Source of the DNA: Eledone cirrhosa
Lineage: Eukaryota
Length of the DNA stretch: 64,000 nucleotides
Reading direction: 5' to 3'
NCBI GenBank assembly: GCA_964016885.1
Contig: OZ024749.1
Location: 29,202,001 to 29,266,000 of the forward strand
Position numbers and translations under genes: made by a program. Shown piece after piece: positions 40,580 through 53,409 of this stretch; positions within the stretch are counted from its first letter, which is position 1, and each line of letters opens with the position of its first letter. A model generated the notes under the pieces. The model saw nothing but the letters and a program-made list of their open reading frames with translations, was not told the origin of the DNA and did not search any database.

Positions 40580-40705
40580 ATATTCTTTACCTGGTTTCAG
40601 TCATGAGTCTGCGACCATGCTGGGGCATCATATCATTGATTTAGTAAATCAAATCGACCCACAGTTATATACTTATTTTATCAATCTCTGTTTGTTAAAC
40701 TGCAA
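40580..40705 (-). mobile_element. Fragment of another SINE-like family (3' tail); related + strand fragment at 42494-42585
   Basis: gtttcagtcat..ctgcgaccatgctggggca is the reverse complement of tgctccagcatagccgcag..aatgagtgaaa at 42536-42570. Confidence 0.6.
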
Positions 40706-40875
40706 AATATAGAAGAAATTAAAGAAAAACACAGGAAGACAAACGAACACGAAAGAAAAGAAGGGGGAAGGGAAGGAAGAAAGAAAGAAATAAGCAAACA
40801 AAAAGAAAGAAAGAGAAGAAAGAAACAAAGGAAGAAAAGAAAGAAGGAAAGAAAGAAAGAACGAAATAAATAAAT

Positions 40876-40908
<33 letters not shown>

Positions 40909-41265
40909 AAGAAAGAAAGAAAGAAAGAAAGGAATAAAGAAAGAACGAAAAAAGGAAAAGAAAAAACAAACGAAAAAATATTAAATGAAAGATATATGTA
41001 TAAAGTTGTTTGGAGGTTTATGATTGGGGACTGTTTCTTTTGGAGTAACTGATGATGTAATTAGAGCGGTTGCCGCAGAATAAACAGAAACCACGTAATA
41101 CGGTGGCTGGAGGCTGATGACGTCCATGGTCACTTGAACTAGTAATTGATACAGGAACAAAAATCTCCAGCCGTGACCATCGCCAGCAATCTCTATTTCT
41201 AGAATAGGTATATCAATTTGTCTTTCCAATTGTTAACACTATCTGTCGGTCGCAAATCCAGGCGG

Positions 41266-41390
<125 letters not shown>

Positions 41391-41461
41391 TAGGTAGAAC
41401 ACTGTTGGGTTTTATCCGCAATAGTAGAGCACTCAGTCCATGGGATGAGTTTGGTAGAAGT

Positions 41462-41591
41462 ATTCTACAACAGTTAATTCACCATTTCTGAGAACAATTT
41501 TCGGATCTTCAGCTCGATTTAAATGAGATGATAATCCGTCTGAGGGGATTATCATCTCGGAAATGGTGAATTAACTGTTGGCAACTAGAAT
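41462..41591. repeat. Fold-back: 26-bp inverted arms with an internal 13-bp hairpin
   Basis: caacagttaattcaccatttctgaga (41468-41493) vs 41555-41580 (25/26). gagatgataatcc (41525-41537) vs ggattatcatctc (41546-41558). Confidence 0.85.
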
Positions 41592-41599
41592 GGACCTGT

Positions 41600-41780
41600 T
41601 ATTTTTTACGATTCCGCCCTGCCCGTCCCTTCAATCTTTCTAATTTCTCGTTCTTTCTTCTGTTGAAGGACTAGCATCCGAAACGTTAAAACCCTCTTCC
41701 TGCTATTTCAAGCCTTAACCTAATATATTCCTTCCATATACTGTATCGACTGTGTTGTTATTTCTGTTTACCTGTTACAT
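41600..41780 (+). mobile_element. Solo PLE 3' terminus (same family as 40300-40480) with a mutated hammerhead
   Basis: CTGTTGA-aggactagcatcc-GAAAcgtta at 41660-41688 (A6>U). The downstream tatttcaagc.ttaa.ctaatatatt..tgttatttctgttt is shared with the other copies. Confidence 0.8.
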
Positions 41781-41789
41781 ACATACATT

Positions 41790-41838
<49 letters not shown>

Positions 41839-41839
<1 letters not shown>

Positions 41840-41984
41840 GTACAAGTTATATATTAATATATATGATAAACACATACGTGTTTGTATTGTAAGAGACAAA
41901 GTTAGCTTTCATTCTAGCTAACTTTGTCTCTTACAATACAAACACGTATGTGTTTATCATATATATTAATATATAACTTGTACT
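41839..41984. repeat. Perfect palindrome: 69-bp arms, 8-nt spacer
   Basis: 41839-41907 is the exact reverse complement of 41916-41984; spacer ttcattct. Confidence 0.97.
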
Positions 41985-42061
41985 TCACTGCTCGGAAATG
42001 CTTCTTTCTTTGAGCTGATTAATTGTAAATGACTTTGAGTTTAAACTCTAAATATAATATA

Positions 42062-42110
<49 letters not shown>

Positions 42111-42111
<1 letters not shown>

Positions 42112-42286
42112 CAAAGAAGGTGTGGTAAGATACCAGTTGGACCATAACGCACCAGAGTACTCGATACTTAGGGTAGGAGAGTAAGTAATAGGAAATGAGT
42201 CAGGACCCCGACGGCTGAGTTCCGGTCGTTTCCTAGCTGTCGAAACGGCCGGAGGTCAGCCGTCGGGGTCCTGACACTTTTCCTAT
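42111..42286. mobile_element. Miniature fold-back copy of the terminus of the 68-2408 PLE family, in (TA)n
   Basis: 42111-42218 is homologous to 68-174. Arms 42188-42232 and 42242-42286 match 40/45, and each is the 3' half of the hammerhead (GAAA-stem III-GTC-GGGGTCC). Confidence 0.9.
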
Positions 42287-42378
42287 ATATATATATATAT
42301 ATGTGAGTGAGTGAGTGAGTGAGTGAGTGAGTGAGTGAGTGAGTGAGTGAGTGAGTGAGTGAGTGAGTGAGTGAGTGA

Positions 42379-42495
<117 letters not shown>

Positions 42496-43853
42496 TACTG
42501 GGGTTGCTATGATCGACGAAATTCCTTTAAATCATTGCTCCAGCATAGCCGCAGCCTAATGAGTGAAAGCAGTAAAATAGGAAAGGTTAGCGTGTAGCAC
42601 TTTCCACCTGTTTCTATTCACTGCCAATCATCTGTTATTGACGATCTGCGCTCCACTGCATCAGTTTCCCATTGCTAAGCCATCAATGAAGATGGAAGCG
42701 AACAAATTGTTTCAATTCTATCAAACTAGAAATTTTCCTCCTTTCTATCTTCCGTTCTTCATCCCTTTCTTCCTTCCTTTCGTTCTTTCGGTCTGTCTTC
42801 GCCATCTTGTTTATTGTTATTTTTTTGTTGTTGTTTTGTTTGTTTGTTTTCTTTTTCCAATTATTGCTATTTAGTTTCATCAATTTTTTTTTTGCTTTGT
42901 ATGTGGCTAAATTTGATTTGAAATGTGTTTCGAAAAGAAAGTAAAGGAAAACCAGAGAGAGAGGGTGAGCAGAGAGAGAGGGGGAGGATGGGAGGTAGAG
43001 AGAGAGAATAAGAGAGAGAGAATGTGGAGAAAGAGAGGCGAGAGATAGATTGATAGATAAATAGAGAGAAAGAATGGGAGAGAAAGAGAGAGAGGGGAGA
43101 GAAATAGAAAGAGGGAGGAAAGAAAGAGAGTGGTGATAGATAGATATGTAAGATAGATAGAGGGGCAGAAAGAGGAGAGAGGGTAAGAGAGAGAGGAAGA
43201 GAGAGAGAGAGAAACCCTTAATAAAGCATTGTTTGTTTGCCTTGATGAGTTTTTAAGTGTCCTCAGTTCGTCATATTCAGGTTTGCAACTACACAGTGTG
43301 TTAAACAAATATATTTTCAAAAACAATTAGTTTAGCTCTATCGAACTCATTGGACGGAGGATTACGTTGTACAGTTCTAAATATGTCCTATCTCGACTTT
43401 TAATAACCTCTGCTTGTTGTATTTAACGATAAACTAATTATTAACTGGTTTGAAACCACCACAACCACTACCAACAACAACCACAATACAAACACCAACA
43501 ACAGCGACAAAGTTGTTGAAATAAAGTAATAAATAATCATTTAACAGAAATTATTTCTCGCTAACGAACAATAATAGATGAATTAGTAAAATTTGATAAA
43601 TCTATCGGGAGGAAAAATAATAGAAAATTTAAACAAACAAGCAAAGAAATACTATAGGTTGTAAGAGGATAAGAACACTTAAAGAAATTTAATAGAAAAA
43701 TAACTTAATTTTTTTTAAATTCTAATAAAGCAAATTGTTATTGATTGATCCTAATCGAAACATTGTTGATAGAAATTAAATATGATTGTTTTAATTAGTG
43801 GCAAGCAATATAAGCCAAGGCGATTCTAAAACTATATTTGCTGTATATGTGTG

Positions 43854-43962
<109 letters not shown>

Positions 43963-43996
43963 TTATATTTATATATACATATGTATATATGTATAC

Positions 43997-44031
<35 letters not shown>

Positions 44032-44047
44032 GGAGTATATATATATG

Positions 44048-44111
<64 letters not shown>

Positions 44112-44217
44112 TATGTATATATATATGTATGTATATATATATATATATGTGTGTGTATGTGTGTGCGTGTATACAAACATACATATATATATATATATAT
44201 ACATATAAACAGACATT

Positions 44218-44257
<40 letters not shown>

Positions 44258-44334
44258 TACAAACATATATATATATATATATAGAAATACACACACACAC
44301 ACGCACGCACACACACATATATATATATATATAT

Positions 44335-44379
<45 letters not shown>

Positions 44380-44658
44380 AAACATGTTAAACTGATGATT
44401 AATTAAACAAATAAAACAAATTTTTATATGCATTCAGTAAGTCACAAACGTGTGTCTGTGTGTGTGTGTACACACACACAGACACACACACTCACACACA
44501 CACACACACACATAAACACACATATACCACACACGTACACACACACACACACACACACATATTCCACACACATACACACGTTTATAACTTACTGAATGCA
44601 TATAAAAATGTATTTAATTATTAATCAGTTTAAGTTGCTTGCGTAACAACATGTTTTT
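44380..44658. repeat. Imperfect inverted repeat enclosing (TG)/(CA) microsatellite (fold-back/MITE-like)
   Basis: atttttatatgcattcagtaagt.a.aaacgtgtgt (44419-44455) is inverted at 44573-44609. The outer aaactgat/atcagttt and aaaacatgtt/aacatgtttt also pair. Confidence 0.8.
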
Positions 44659-44825
44659 AAAACATTAGTTAATTGTGAATGTTGTAAGATGGTGACATGC
44701 CGGATTACGTTGCCAGATATTCCGAACAAAAGATAAATTATTTCAAACAATTTCAAATTTAAAATTTTTCTGTTGTTCTGGTGTTCGTTTGGTTTGTCAT
44801 TCGATTTCCTCTTGCTCATTTACGT

Positions 44826-44895
<70 letters not shown>

Positions 44896-45172
44896 ATATA
44901 TATATATATGTATATATATACATGTATATATATATATGTATATGTACATATAAATATATATAAGGATGGTTGGTTGCTTTGGACTATATTTGTAATATGG
45001 TTCTTAATGTTATCTACATCCTTAGTTATTCTTATTATATATTTTTATTATTTTTATCTTTATTTTCATTTTTATTATCATATATTTTTGTAAGACATTA
45101 GTGTATGTACACTCCATATTCTTCAGAGTTTCTGGCTTGTATCTGCCGATATTACCTCTTGTTGTTTTAATT

Positions 45173-45210
45173 GCCCTGATGAGTCCTTAATAGGACGAAA
45201 CATTGTCGGC
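45173..45210 (+). ncRNA. Canonical minimal type I hammerhead ribozyme followed by AATAAA, in a ~300-bp (TA)n-flanked island (44963-45260; probable solo PLE terminus)
   Basis: GCC-CTGATGA-GTCCT-taat-AGGAC-GAAA-CattG-TC-GGC. Predicted cleavage after 45207. AATAAA at 45212-45217. Confidence 0.9.
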
Positions 45211-45444
45211 TAATAAAAACTTTTGATGTATTAAAGAATTCTTTGTTTTACTCTCTTAATATAAATATATATATATATATATGTGTGTATATATAAATAT
45301 CTGTTTATATGTATATATATGTATAAATACATATATATACATATATATGCATATATATATACATATATATATACATATATAAATACATATATATACATAT
45401 ATATAAATGCCTGTTTATATATATATATATGTGTGTGTGCGTGC

Positions 45445-45476
<32 letters not shown>

Positions 45477-45519
45477 TTATAACGTACTGATTTGACAGAG
45501 TCTTCTACAGGACCAGCCA

Positions 45520-47010
45520 CCAAACATCAACCATCAACAACCATTGAATCACCTCCACCAACCATCACCAACCATTACCATCAACCACCATTATACCATC
45601 AACCATCAACAACCACTGTACTACCATCATCACCACCATTATACCACCACCACCAACCATAAAAACACTGTACCACCATCATCACCACCATTATACCATC
45701 GCCACCAACCATCAACAAACACTGTACCACCACCATCACCACCATTATACTATCGCCACCAACCATCAACAGCCACTGTACCACCACCACCCTCATAATA
45801 CCATCAACAACCACCAACTACCATGATACCACCACCATCAACCACCACCAACAAAAACAACTACGACCATTATACCATCAACCACCATCACTACATTTAT
45901 ACTACCATCAACAATCACCATTATGCCACCATCAACTACCAACAACAACAACCACTATACCACCACCATTATACCATCAACCACCATCACCAACAACCAC
46001 CATTATGCCACCAGCAACCACCATCAACAACCACCAACTACTATTATACCACAATCAACAACAACAACCACTATACCACCACCATTATACCATCAACCAC
46101 CATCACCAACAACCACCATTATGCCACCAGCAACCACCATCAACAACCACCAACTACTATTATACCACAATCAACAACAACAACCACTATACCACCACCA
46201 TTATACCATCAACCACCATCACCAACAACCACCATTATGCCACCAGCAACCACCATCAACAACCACCAACTACTATTATACCACCATCAACAACAACAAC
46301 CACTATACCACCACCATTATACCATCAACCACCATCACCAACAACCACCATTATGCCACCAGCAACCACCATCAACAACCACCAACTACTATTATACCAC
46401 AATCAACAACAACAACCACTATACCACCACCATTATGCCATCAACCACCATCACCAACAACCACCATTATGCCACCAGCAACCACCATCAACAACCACCA
46501 TCAACAACCACCAACTACTATTATACCACAATCAACAACAACCACTATACCACCACCATTATACCATCAACCACCATCACCAACAACCACCATTATGCCA
46601 CCAGCAACCACCATCAACAACCACCAACTACTATTATACCACAATCAACAACAACAACCACTATACCACCACCATTATACCATCAACCACCATCACCAAC
46701 AACCACCATTATGCCACCAGCAACCACCATCAACAACCACCAACTACTATTATACCACAATCAACAACAACAACCACTATACCACCACCATTATACCATC
46801 AACCACCATCACCAACAACCACCATTATGCCACCAGCAACCGCCATCAACAACCACCAACTACCGTTATACCACCACCACCAACAACAACCACTATACCA
46901 CAACCACCAACAACAACAACACCCACTATACCACCACCATTATACCATCAACCACCATCAACAACCACCATTATGCCACCAGCATCCACCATCAACAACA
47001 ACAACGACCA
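45520..47010. repeat. CAC/CAA-rich region with a 116-bp tandem repeat (~9 copies, 45940-46990)
   Basis: cattatgccaccagc recurs at 46001, 46117, 46233... Confidence 0.92.
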
Positions 47011-47204
47011 GCATCACAGCTCAGTTTTCTCTCTCTCTAGTCTCCATTCCAGTATTTAACGCTATTGAGAAGCTGATCAAACAACTACTGTTTACTTTGG
47101 TGTTGATATCATATTGTCTTACTTATTAGCTTGACATTCCAGCTGCTACTGGGGAAAGATCTTTAACTAGGAGCACTTAATCATACTGCTTAAATCAAGC
47201 TCTC

Positions 47205-47276
<72 letters not shown>

Positions 47277-47693
47277 TTCGCACACATATGTGTGAATGTG
47301 CGTGTGTGTGTGCATATACATATGCACTTACATATGCATAAGGCGGGCTTGAGAAATCTTCCCCCATGACTCTCCCAAGAATATACGGGCGAATATATAT
47401 ATATATATATATATATGCGCGCGTGCGTGTGTGTCTGTGTATGGTTTTTTTTTGTAGTCCGGCGGATTTTTGTGTGCTAAACTAGGAGGATAATGGCTGT
47501 TTCAATTGATGAAATTGTGAGTACTTTAACGTTTTCATACGTTAATCTGTCAATACAATAATTACATTGTTTTCATAGCTTTAGGCTTCTGGCTGGGATG
47601 TTATATTACAATTGCTGCTATGTGTATGCTCCAAAAGATTGTGTTAATCAAATTGTAAACAACAAAATCGAAACCACTGAATATCTATCTAAA

Positions 47694-47929
47694 CGGTGGA
47701 TTGGCAGTATCGGTAGAGGGTCGGACGCCATGCTTTGCGGCATAGAGTTACGGCCCTTTATGATCTGAGTTCAAATCCCGCCGGGGTTAACTTTGCCTTT
47801 CATCTTTTCGGGGTCGATAAAATAAAGTACCAGTCACGCACTGGGGTCGATTTAATCGACTTTCCCCTCCCTAAAATTGCTGGCCTTGTGCCTATATAAG
47901 AAACCATTATTATTATTATTATTATTATT
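47694..47929 (+). mobile_element. tRNA-derived SINE (long variant) with (ATT)n tail
   Basis: A-box-like tggcagtatcggt, B-box gagttcaaatccc, core, tail ccttgtgcctatataagaaacc(att)n. Confidence 0.92.
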
Positions 47930-48007
<78 letters not shown>

Positions 48008-48111
48008 GTGTGTATACGTGAGTGTGTAAAAGGTAAACAGATATAACAAAAGAAACGACACAGTACATTGAAGAAATATATTAGTTTAACGCTTGAATTA
48101 ATAGGAAAAGA

Positions 48112-48148
48112 GTATTAACGTTTCGGACACTAGTCCGTCATCAGAAGA
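48112..48148 (-). ncRNA. Minimal type I hammerhead motif in a solo PLE 3' terminus (48025-48230; family of 40363)
   Basis: Minus strand reads tctt-CTGATGA-c-GGAC-tagt-GTCC-GAAA-cgtt-aatac. The downstream sequence matches 40400-40480. Confidence 0.75.
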
Positions 48149-48306
48149 TAGAATAGGAAATAAACGATAAAATAAAAATATAAAGAGTGGGAAGAGGAAG
48201 GAACGGAAATAAAGAAAAAGACACACATGCGTATTCAGTCAGCCATTTTGAAGATTTTATATACGTATATATATGTATGTATACATATATACATTTATAT
48301 ATATAC

Positions 48307-48337
<31 letters not shown>

Positions 48338-48338
48338 C

Positions 48339-48371
<33 letters not shown>

Positions 48372-49009
48372 CATATATATATATATATGTGTGCGTGTGT
48401 GTCTGTGGTGTGGGTGTGTGTGAATACATATATATAAGTGTGTATGTATGCACAAGATAGTGAAATCATTGCATCGAAGACTAGCCAGCGAGATCCACTG
48501 CATCATCCATTCCACTACTAAACGGGGGTCCTTCTTCATATTGAGAGACAGTGAGACCATCATCAACCCAGACAACCAGAATTGACTCGAGTTCTCTTCC
48601 TCACTATCTCTACATTAGGTTCTCGTGTCTTTTGTGGGGGGAATCTCGTGAATGAGGACTCGGCTGAAGATGACGGAAGTAAGTTAGGCTGGCAGTGTCA
48701 GGTCAGGATAGCGGATTTGTTTAATATTAAGTATATAATGATTAGAAAAGTGTAATTTAATGTAGGTTGTCTTGGTTATTAACTAAGAAAATCTAAAAAC
48801 TGGAATTATTATTTCAGTTGGAGCTTCTAAGCAGGAAAACGAAATAATGAAATAACGAAACATGGCGCTGTACAAACAAAAGAAAATTCCATTTGGCGAG
48901 GAGGGGATGATTTAAGTAATGAGAGGGTTGGCGCCTTAATACACTTGCTTAAAAACTCATTTAAACCTGGTCATCCGTGGACGGATAAACTAAGTTTTAT
49001 CAATAACAT

Positions 49010-49040
<31 letters not shown>

Positions 49041-50269
49041 AAGAAGAAGAAGAAGAAGAAGAAGAAGAAGAAGACGTTGTCGCCATCTTAATGTTTCATT
49101 TGGCTTCAGGGGAAAAATCAAAGATGGCATGTGTTCGTGGTGATGATGGTGGTGGTTGTGGTGATGGTTGTGAGGTGATTCATTGCGATTGCGCAGCCAG
49201 CTAACTATGAAAGCCAAGCTATGTGGTTCACACGATCGAATGAACAGTGTAAGCCGTTGTATGATTGGTGTAAGTGGGTGAGGTTGAGTGGAGGGTGGGG
49301 GGGAAGTTTCAACTTAATTCTGACCAACAATTCTGCTGCAGTTGTTAATAGGATGTTTACAATTAGCTTAGTTTTCTTGGCCAGTGGTCAAATGTCAAGA
49401 GAAACGACCATAAGACCTTAAATCGTGTAAGAATATAAGAACAGTTTCACGACGCACGCGCTCACATAAACACACGCACGCATGTATGCACACAAACGGA
49501 TACATACACACATCCGCTTACACAAACACACACACACGCACACACAAATACACATAAACACATATGCACACGCATACACACATACATATACCTACACTAA
49601 TACACAAACGCACTAATACACACACACATAGAACACATACACACACGCACACATACACACACACATTCACACACACACTGACACATACACACAAACGCAC
49701 ACATACGCACACATATACACACTCGCAATATTAACCTGAAGACTTTAATATTAATGTGATGCAACCATAATGTTGTGTCATACTAAATGTTTACAGTATT
49801 TTTACTGGTATTGTTATGAAAATTTGCAGTATTAGAGTAAAGACTTTAATTTTTTATGTGATGAAGTCACATTAAAATTTACTTCTGATTAATGTCTTGC
49901 TAATGTTGTATCATAGAGTAAAGGACATTAAACTGTCATATTCCCGAGTTAAAATAGATGTTCTTTTGTCATCTATATTCTCGACCGTAAGAAAGACAAA
50001 ATGGCGATGCGACGTTCAGTTACCTACTCGCAAACTTATCTCTACTCCGGAAACACCACCATTTAATTGATTTATTTGTATAAATATGGAAATCCGAATC
50101 ACTCAAGTATATTTTACATTGATTTGTTACAACATTTTAAGTGTTTTTCATCCAATTAAACGTAATGAAGATAAATAATTTTATAATAAATTCGATGGAC
50201 TTTTAACGAAATACAATAAAACTATTGCAATTAAAAGTCGCCATTACTCTGATTTTATTATCATACTGA

Positions 50270-50700
50270 CTGTTGTGTGTTTGTTTTGTTTCTGTCTGTT
50301 TGTAAGTGTGTGATGTTTATATGTGTTTGATGTATGTGTTGTGTATCTGTGTGTTTGTATTTGAATGATGTTTATGTGCGTTTGATGCGTGTGTTATGTT
50401 TATAAGTGTTTGTATTTAAGGGATGTTTCTGTGTGTTCGTAAGTGTGTGTTACGTTTCTGCGTGTTTGTATGTGTGTGTTAACTTTATATGTGTTTGTAT
50501 GTATGTGTTATGTTAATGTGTATTTGTATGCGTGTGAGATGATTCTGTGTGTTTGATGTGTGTGTTCTGTTTCTGTGTGCTATGTTTATATTTGTTCGTA
50601 TTTGTGTGTGATGATTCTGAAGGTTTGTATGTGTGTGTAATGTGTTTGTGCGTTTGTATGTGTATGTTATGTTAATGCGTGTTCGTATTTGTGTGTAATA
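50270..50700. repeat. Degenerate ~28-bp TG-rich minisatellite
   Basis: tgtgtgttatgtttctgtgtgtttgta-like units. Confidence 0.7.
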
Positions 50701-51316
50701 TGTCTGTTATTTTTACCTTATGAATTATCGTCTGCTTTTTTTTTTACCTCCCGAGCGCCATTTTGTTTTTACTACATCGTTCAACGCTAAATTGTTCAAC
50801 CATTCTTTTTTGTTCGCTACTTCGTTTCGGTTTCATTCAGTGATTACTTAGTTATTGTAAATATTAAGCAAAAGAAATTGTGTTGGGTTGTATTGTTGTA
50901 TAAATTTTTCTTCCATTCTCCTAATCTCCTTCCTCCTTTTTCGTTTCCTTTGCCTCGTTTTTAGATCTAATCCAATCTATAAGATATTGTAATCTTTAAT
51001 ATGTTCATCAGCTGCAGCAAAACATTCATTGTGAGAAGGAAGGTCAGCCATGACTTGTCACAGGTTCACATCATAAACTTGCGGGAGGTCATTCAAATAC
51101 ATCTCGCGCTCTAATCGTTTAAATACCATCAGAGAGAGACGGGGAGACAAAGAGACCTGAGAGACAGGGTGATAGAAAGACATAGATAGAGAGAATCGGG
51201 GAGAGACGGAGACAGAGAGGAACTGGCAAAGACAGAGAACAAGAAATAGAGAGAAACTGGAAAAGACAGAGAGACAAAGCTACAAAGAAACAGGGAGACA
51301 GAGAGAGAGCGAGAGA

Positions 51317-51397
<81 letters not shown>

Positions 51398-51443
51398 GGT
51401 GTGTGTGTGTGTCTGTAGCCAGAAATGTATTTTATAATACAAC

Positions 51444-51486
51444 TTTACATGACTGGCAGAGATACAATCTCTGCCAGTCATGTAAA
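51444..51486. repeat. Perfect 20-bp hairpin, 3-nt loop
   Basis: tttacatgactggcagagat-aca-atctctgccagtcatgtaaa. Confidence 0.95.
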
Positions 51487-51545
51487 AACCAGGAAAATAC
51501 GTGTATATTTTCATGTTTTCTTTTCCTGTGTTTCAATACATATTG

Positions 51546-51689
<144 letters not shown>

Positions 51690-51803
51690 GTGTGCTTATA
51701 TATATATACATATATACATATATATATACATATACATATATACATATACATATATACATATACATATATACATATAAATATGTATATATATAAATATATA
51801 TAA

Positions 51804-51862
<59 letters not shown>

Positions 51863-51863
51863 C

Positions 51864-51963
<100 letters not shown>

Positions 51964-52189
51964 TTTACTTTTCTTTCTTTTGGTTTCACTTTTGTTAGTT
52001 ATTTTACCAGCACCACCACCAAAACCATCATTACTATTGTGATTAGAATTGCTGGTGTTGTTAATGTTATTGTTGTTGTTGTTGTTAGTATTGTTGTTGT
52101 TGTTGTTGTTGTTGTTGTTAATATTATATCCTTGGTCACACTCTTTCCATTGATAAATCCCATTCCCTCCAGTAATTCTTTTTTCATCA

Positions 52190-52630
52190 CCGCCGCCACC
52201 CCTAATAACAACAAGAACACCAACAACAACACTACTGTCCCCCACCTCCGCACCCCTAATAACAACAACACCAACAAGAACACCACTGTCCCCACCACCA
52301 CCCTTAATAACAACACTAACAACAACACTACTGTCGCCACCACCGCCCCTAATAACAACAACAACACTACTGTCCCCACCACCACCCCTAATAACAACAA
52401 CAACACTACTGTCCCCACCACGACCACCACCACCCCTAATAACAACAAGAACACCAACAACAACACTACTGTCCCCACCACCACCACCACCCCTAATAAC
52501 AACAACAACACTACTGTCCCCACCACCACCACCACCCCTAATAACAACAACAACACTACTGTCCCCACCACCACCACCACCCCTAATAACAACAACAACA
52601 ACACTACTGTCCCCACCACCGCCACCACCA
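52190..52630. repeat. ~40-50-bp minisatellite ccctaat(aac)n actactgtccc(cac)n
   Basis: About 9 copies. Confidence 0.9.
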
Positions 52631-52710
52631 CTTCAGCATTGTGTTTTCTTATACATCATTGATTTCTGTTCTTCTCCCGCTCCTCCCCTTCTCTCCGCCT
52701 CCTCTCACCC

Positions 52711-52824
<114 letters not shown>

Positions 52825-52857
52825 ATATATATATATATACAGTATATATATATATGC

Positions 52858-52941
<84 letters not shown>

Positions 52942-53409
52942 TTATATACCTATATATATACATATGTACATATATATACATATATACATATGTATGTATG
53001 TATGTATATATATACACACACACACACTCACACTCACACACTCACTCACCCACACACTCACACTCACACACTCACTCACCCACACACACTCATATATATA
53101 TATATATATATATATAGTCCCCCCCCCTCCTTCTTCCCCTCTTTCACTACATCTTCGCCATGTTTTTTAGTTGTCTTTCTCAACCTGGTATTATCATCAG
53201 ATTCATTATTATTGGCATTGTTATATCATTATTATTATAAGTATTGTTGTAATTGTTGTTGTTGTCTTGTCTGTTGGCTTTGTATATTTTATTTATTATT
53301 TTTTTTATTTGTTTTTATCAGTCACGTTTTTCTTCTACCAAACAATTCGATGTATATGTATGATGATGGTGGTGATGGTGGTGGTGGTGGTGGTGATGAT
53401 GATGGTGGT

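Noticed and set aside
45823-47129. Three overlapping 370-405 aa His/Thr/Gln ORFs
   Set aside because: A 116-bp unit (not a multiple of 3) that is open in all + frames.
47694-47782. tRNA gene
   Set aside because: A/B boxes belong to the SINE head. There is no cloverleaf, and it runs straight into the SINE core.
48460-49440. Host exon or conserved regulatory element in unique-looking sequence (also 24390-24520, 32830-33020, 37280-37460, 39170-39455)
   Set aside because: No recognisable protein motif or convincing splice-site pair; cannot be supported without alignments or RNA data.
52190-52630. Telomeric repeats (ccctaa)
   Set aside because: Single hexamers within a longer minisatellite unit, not tandem TTAGGG.
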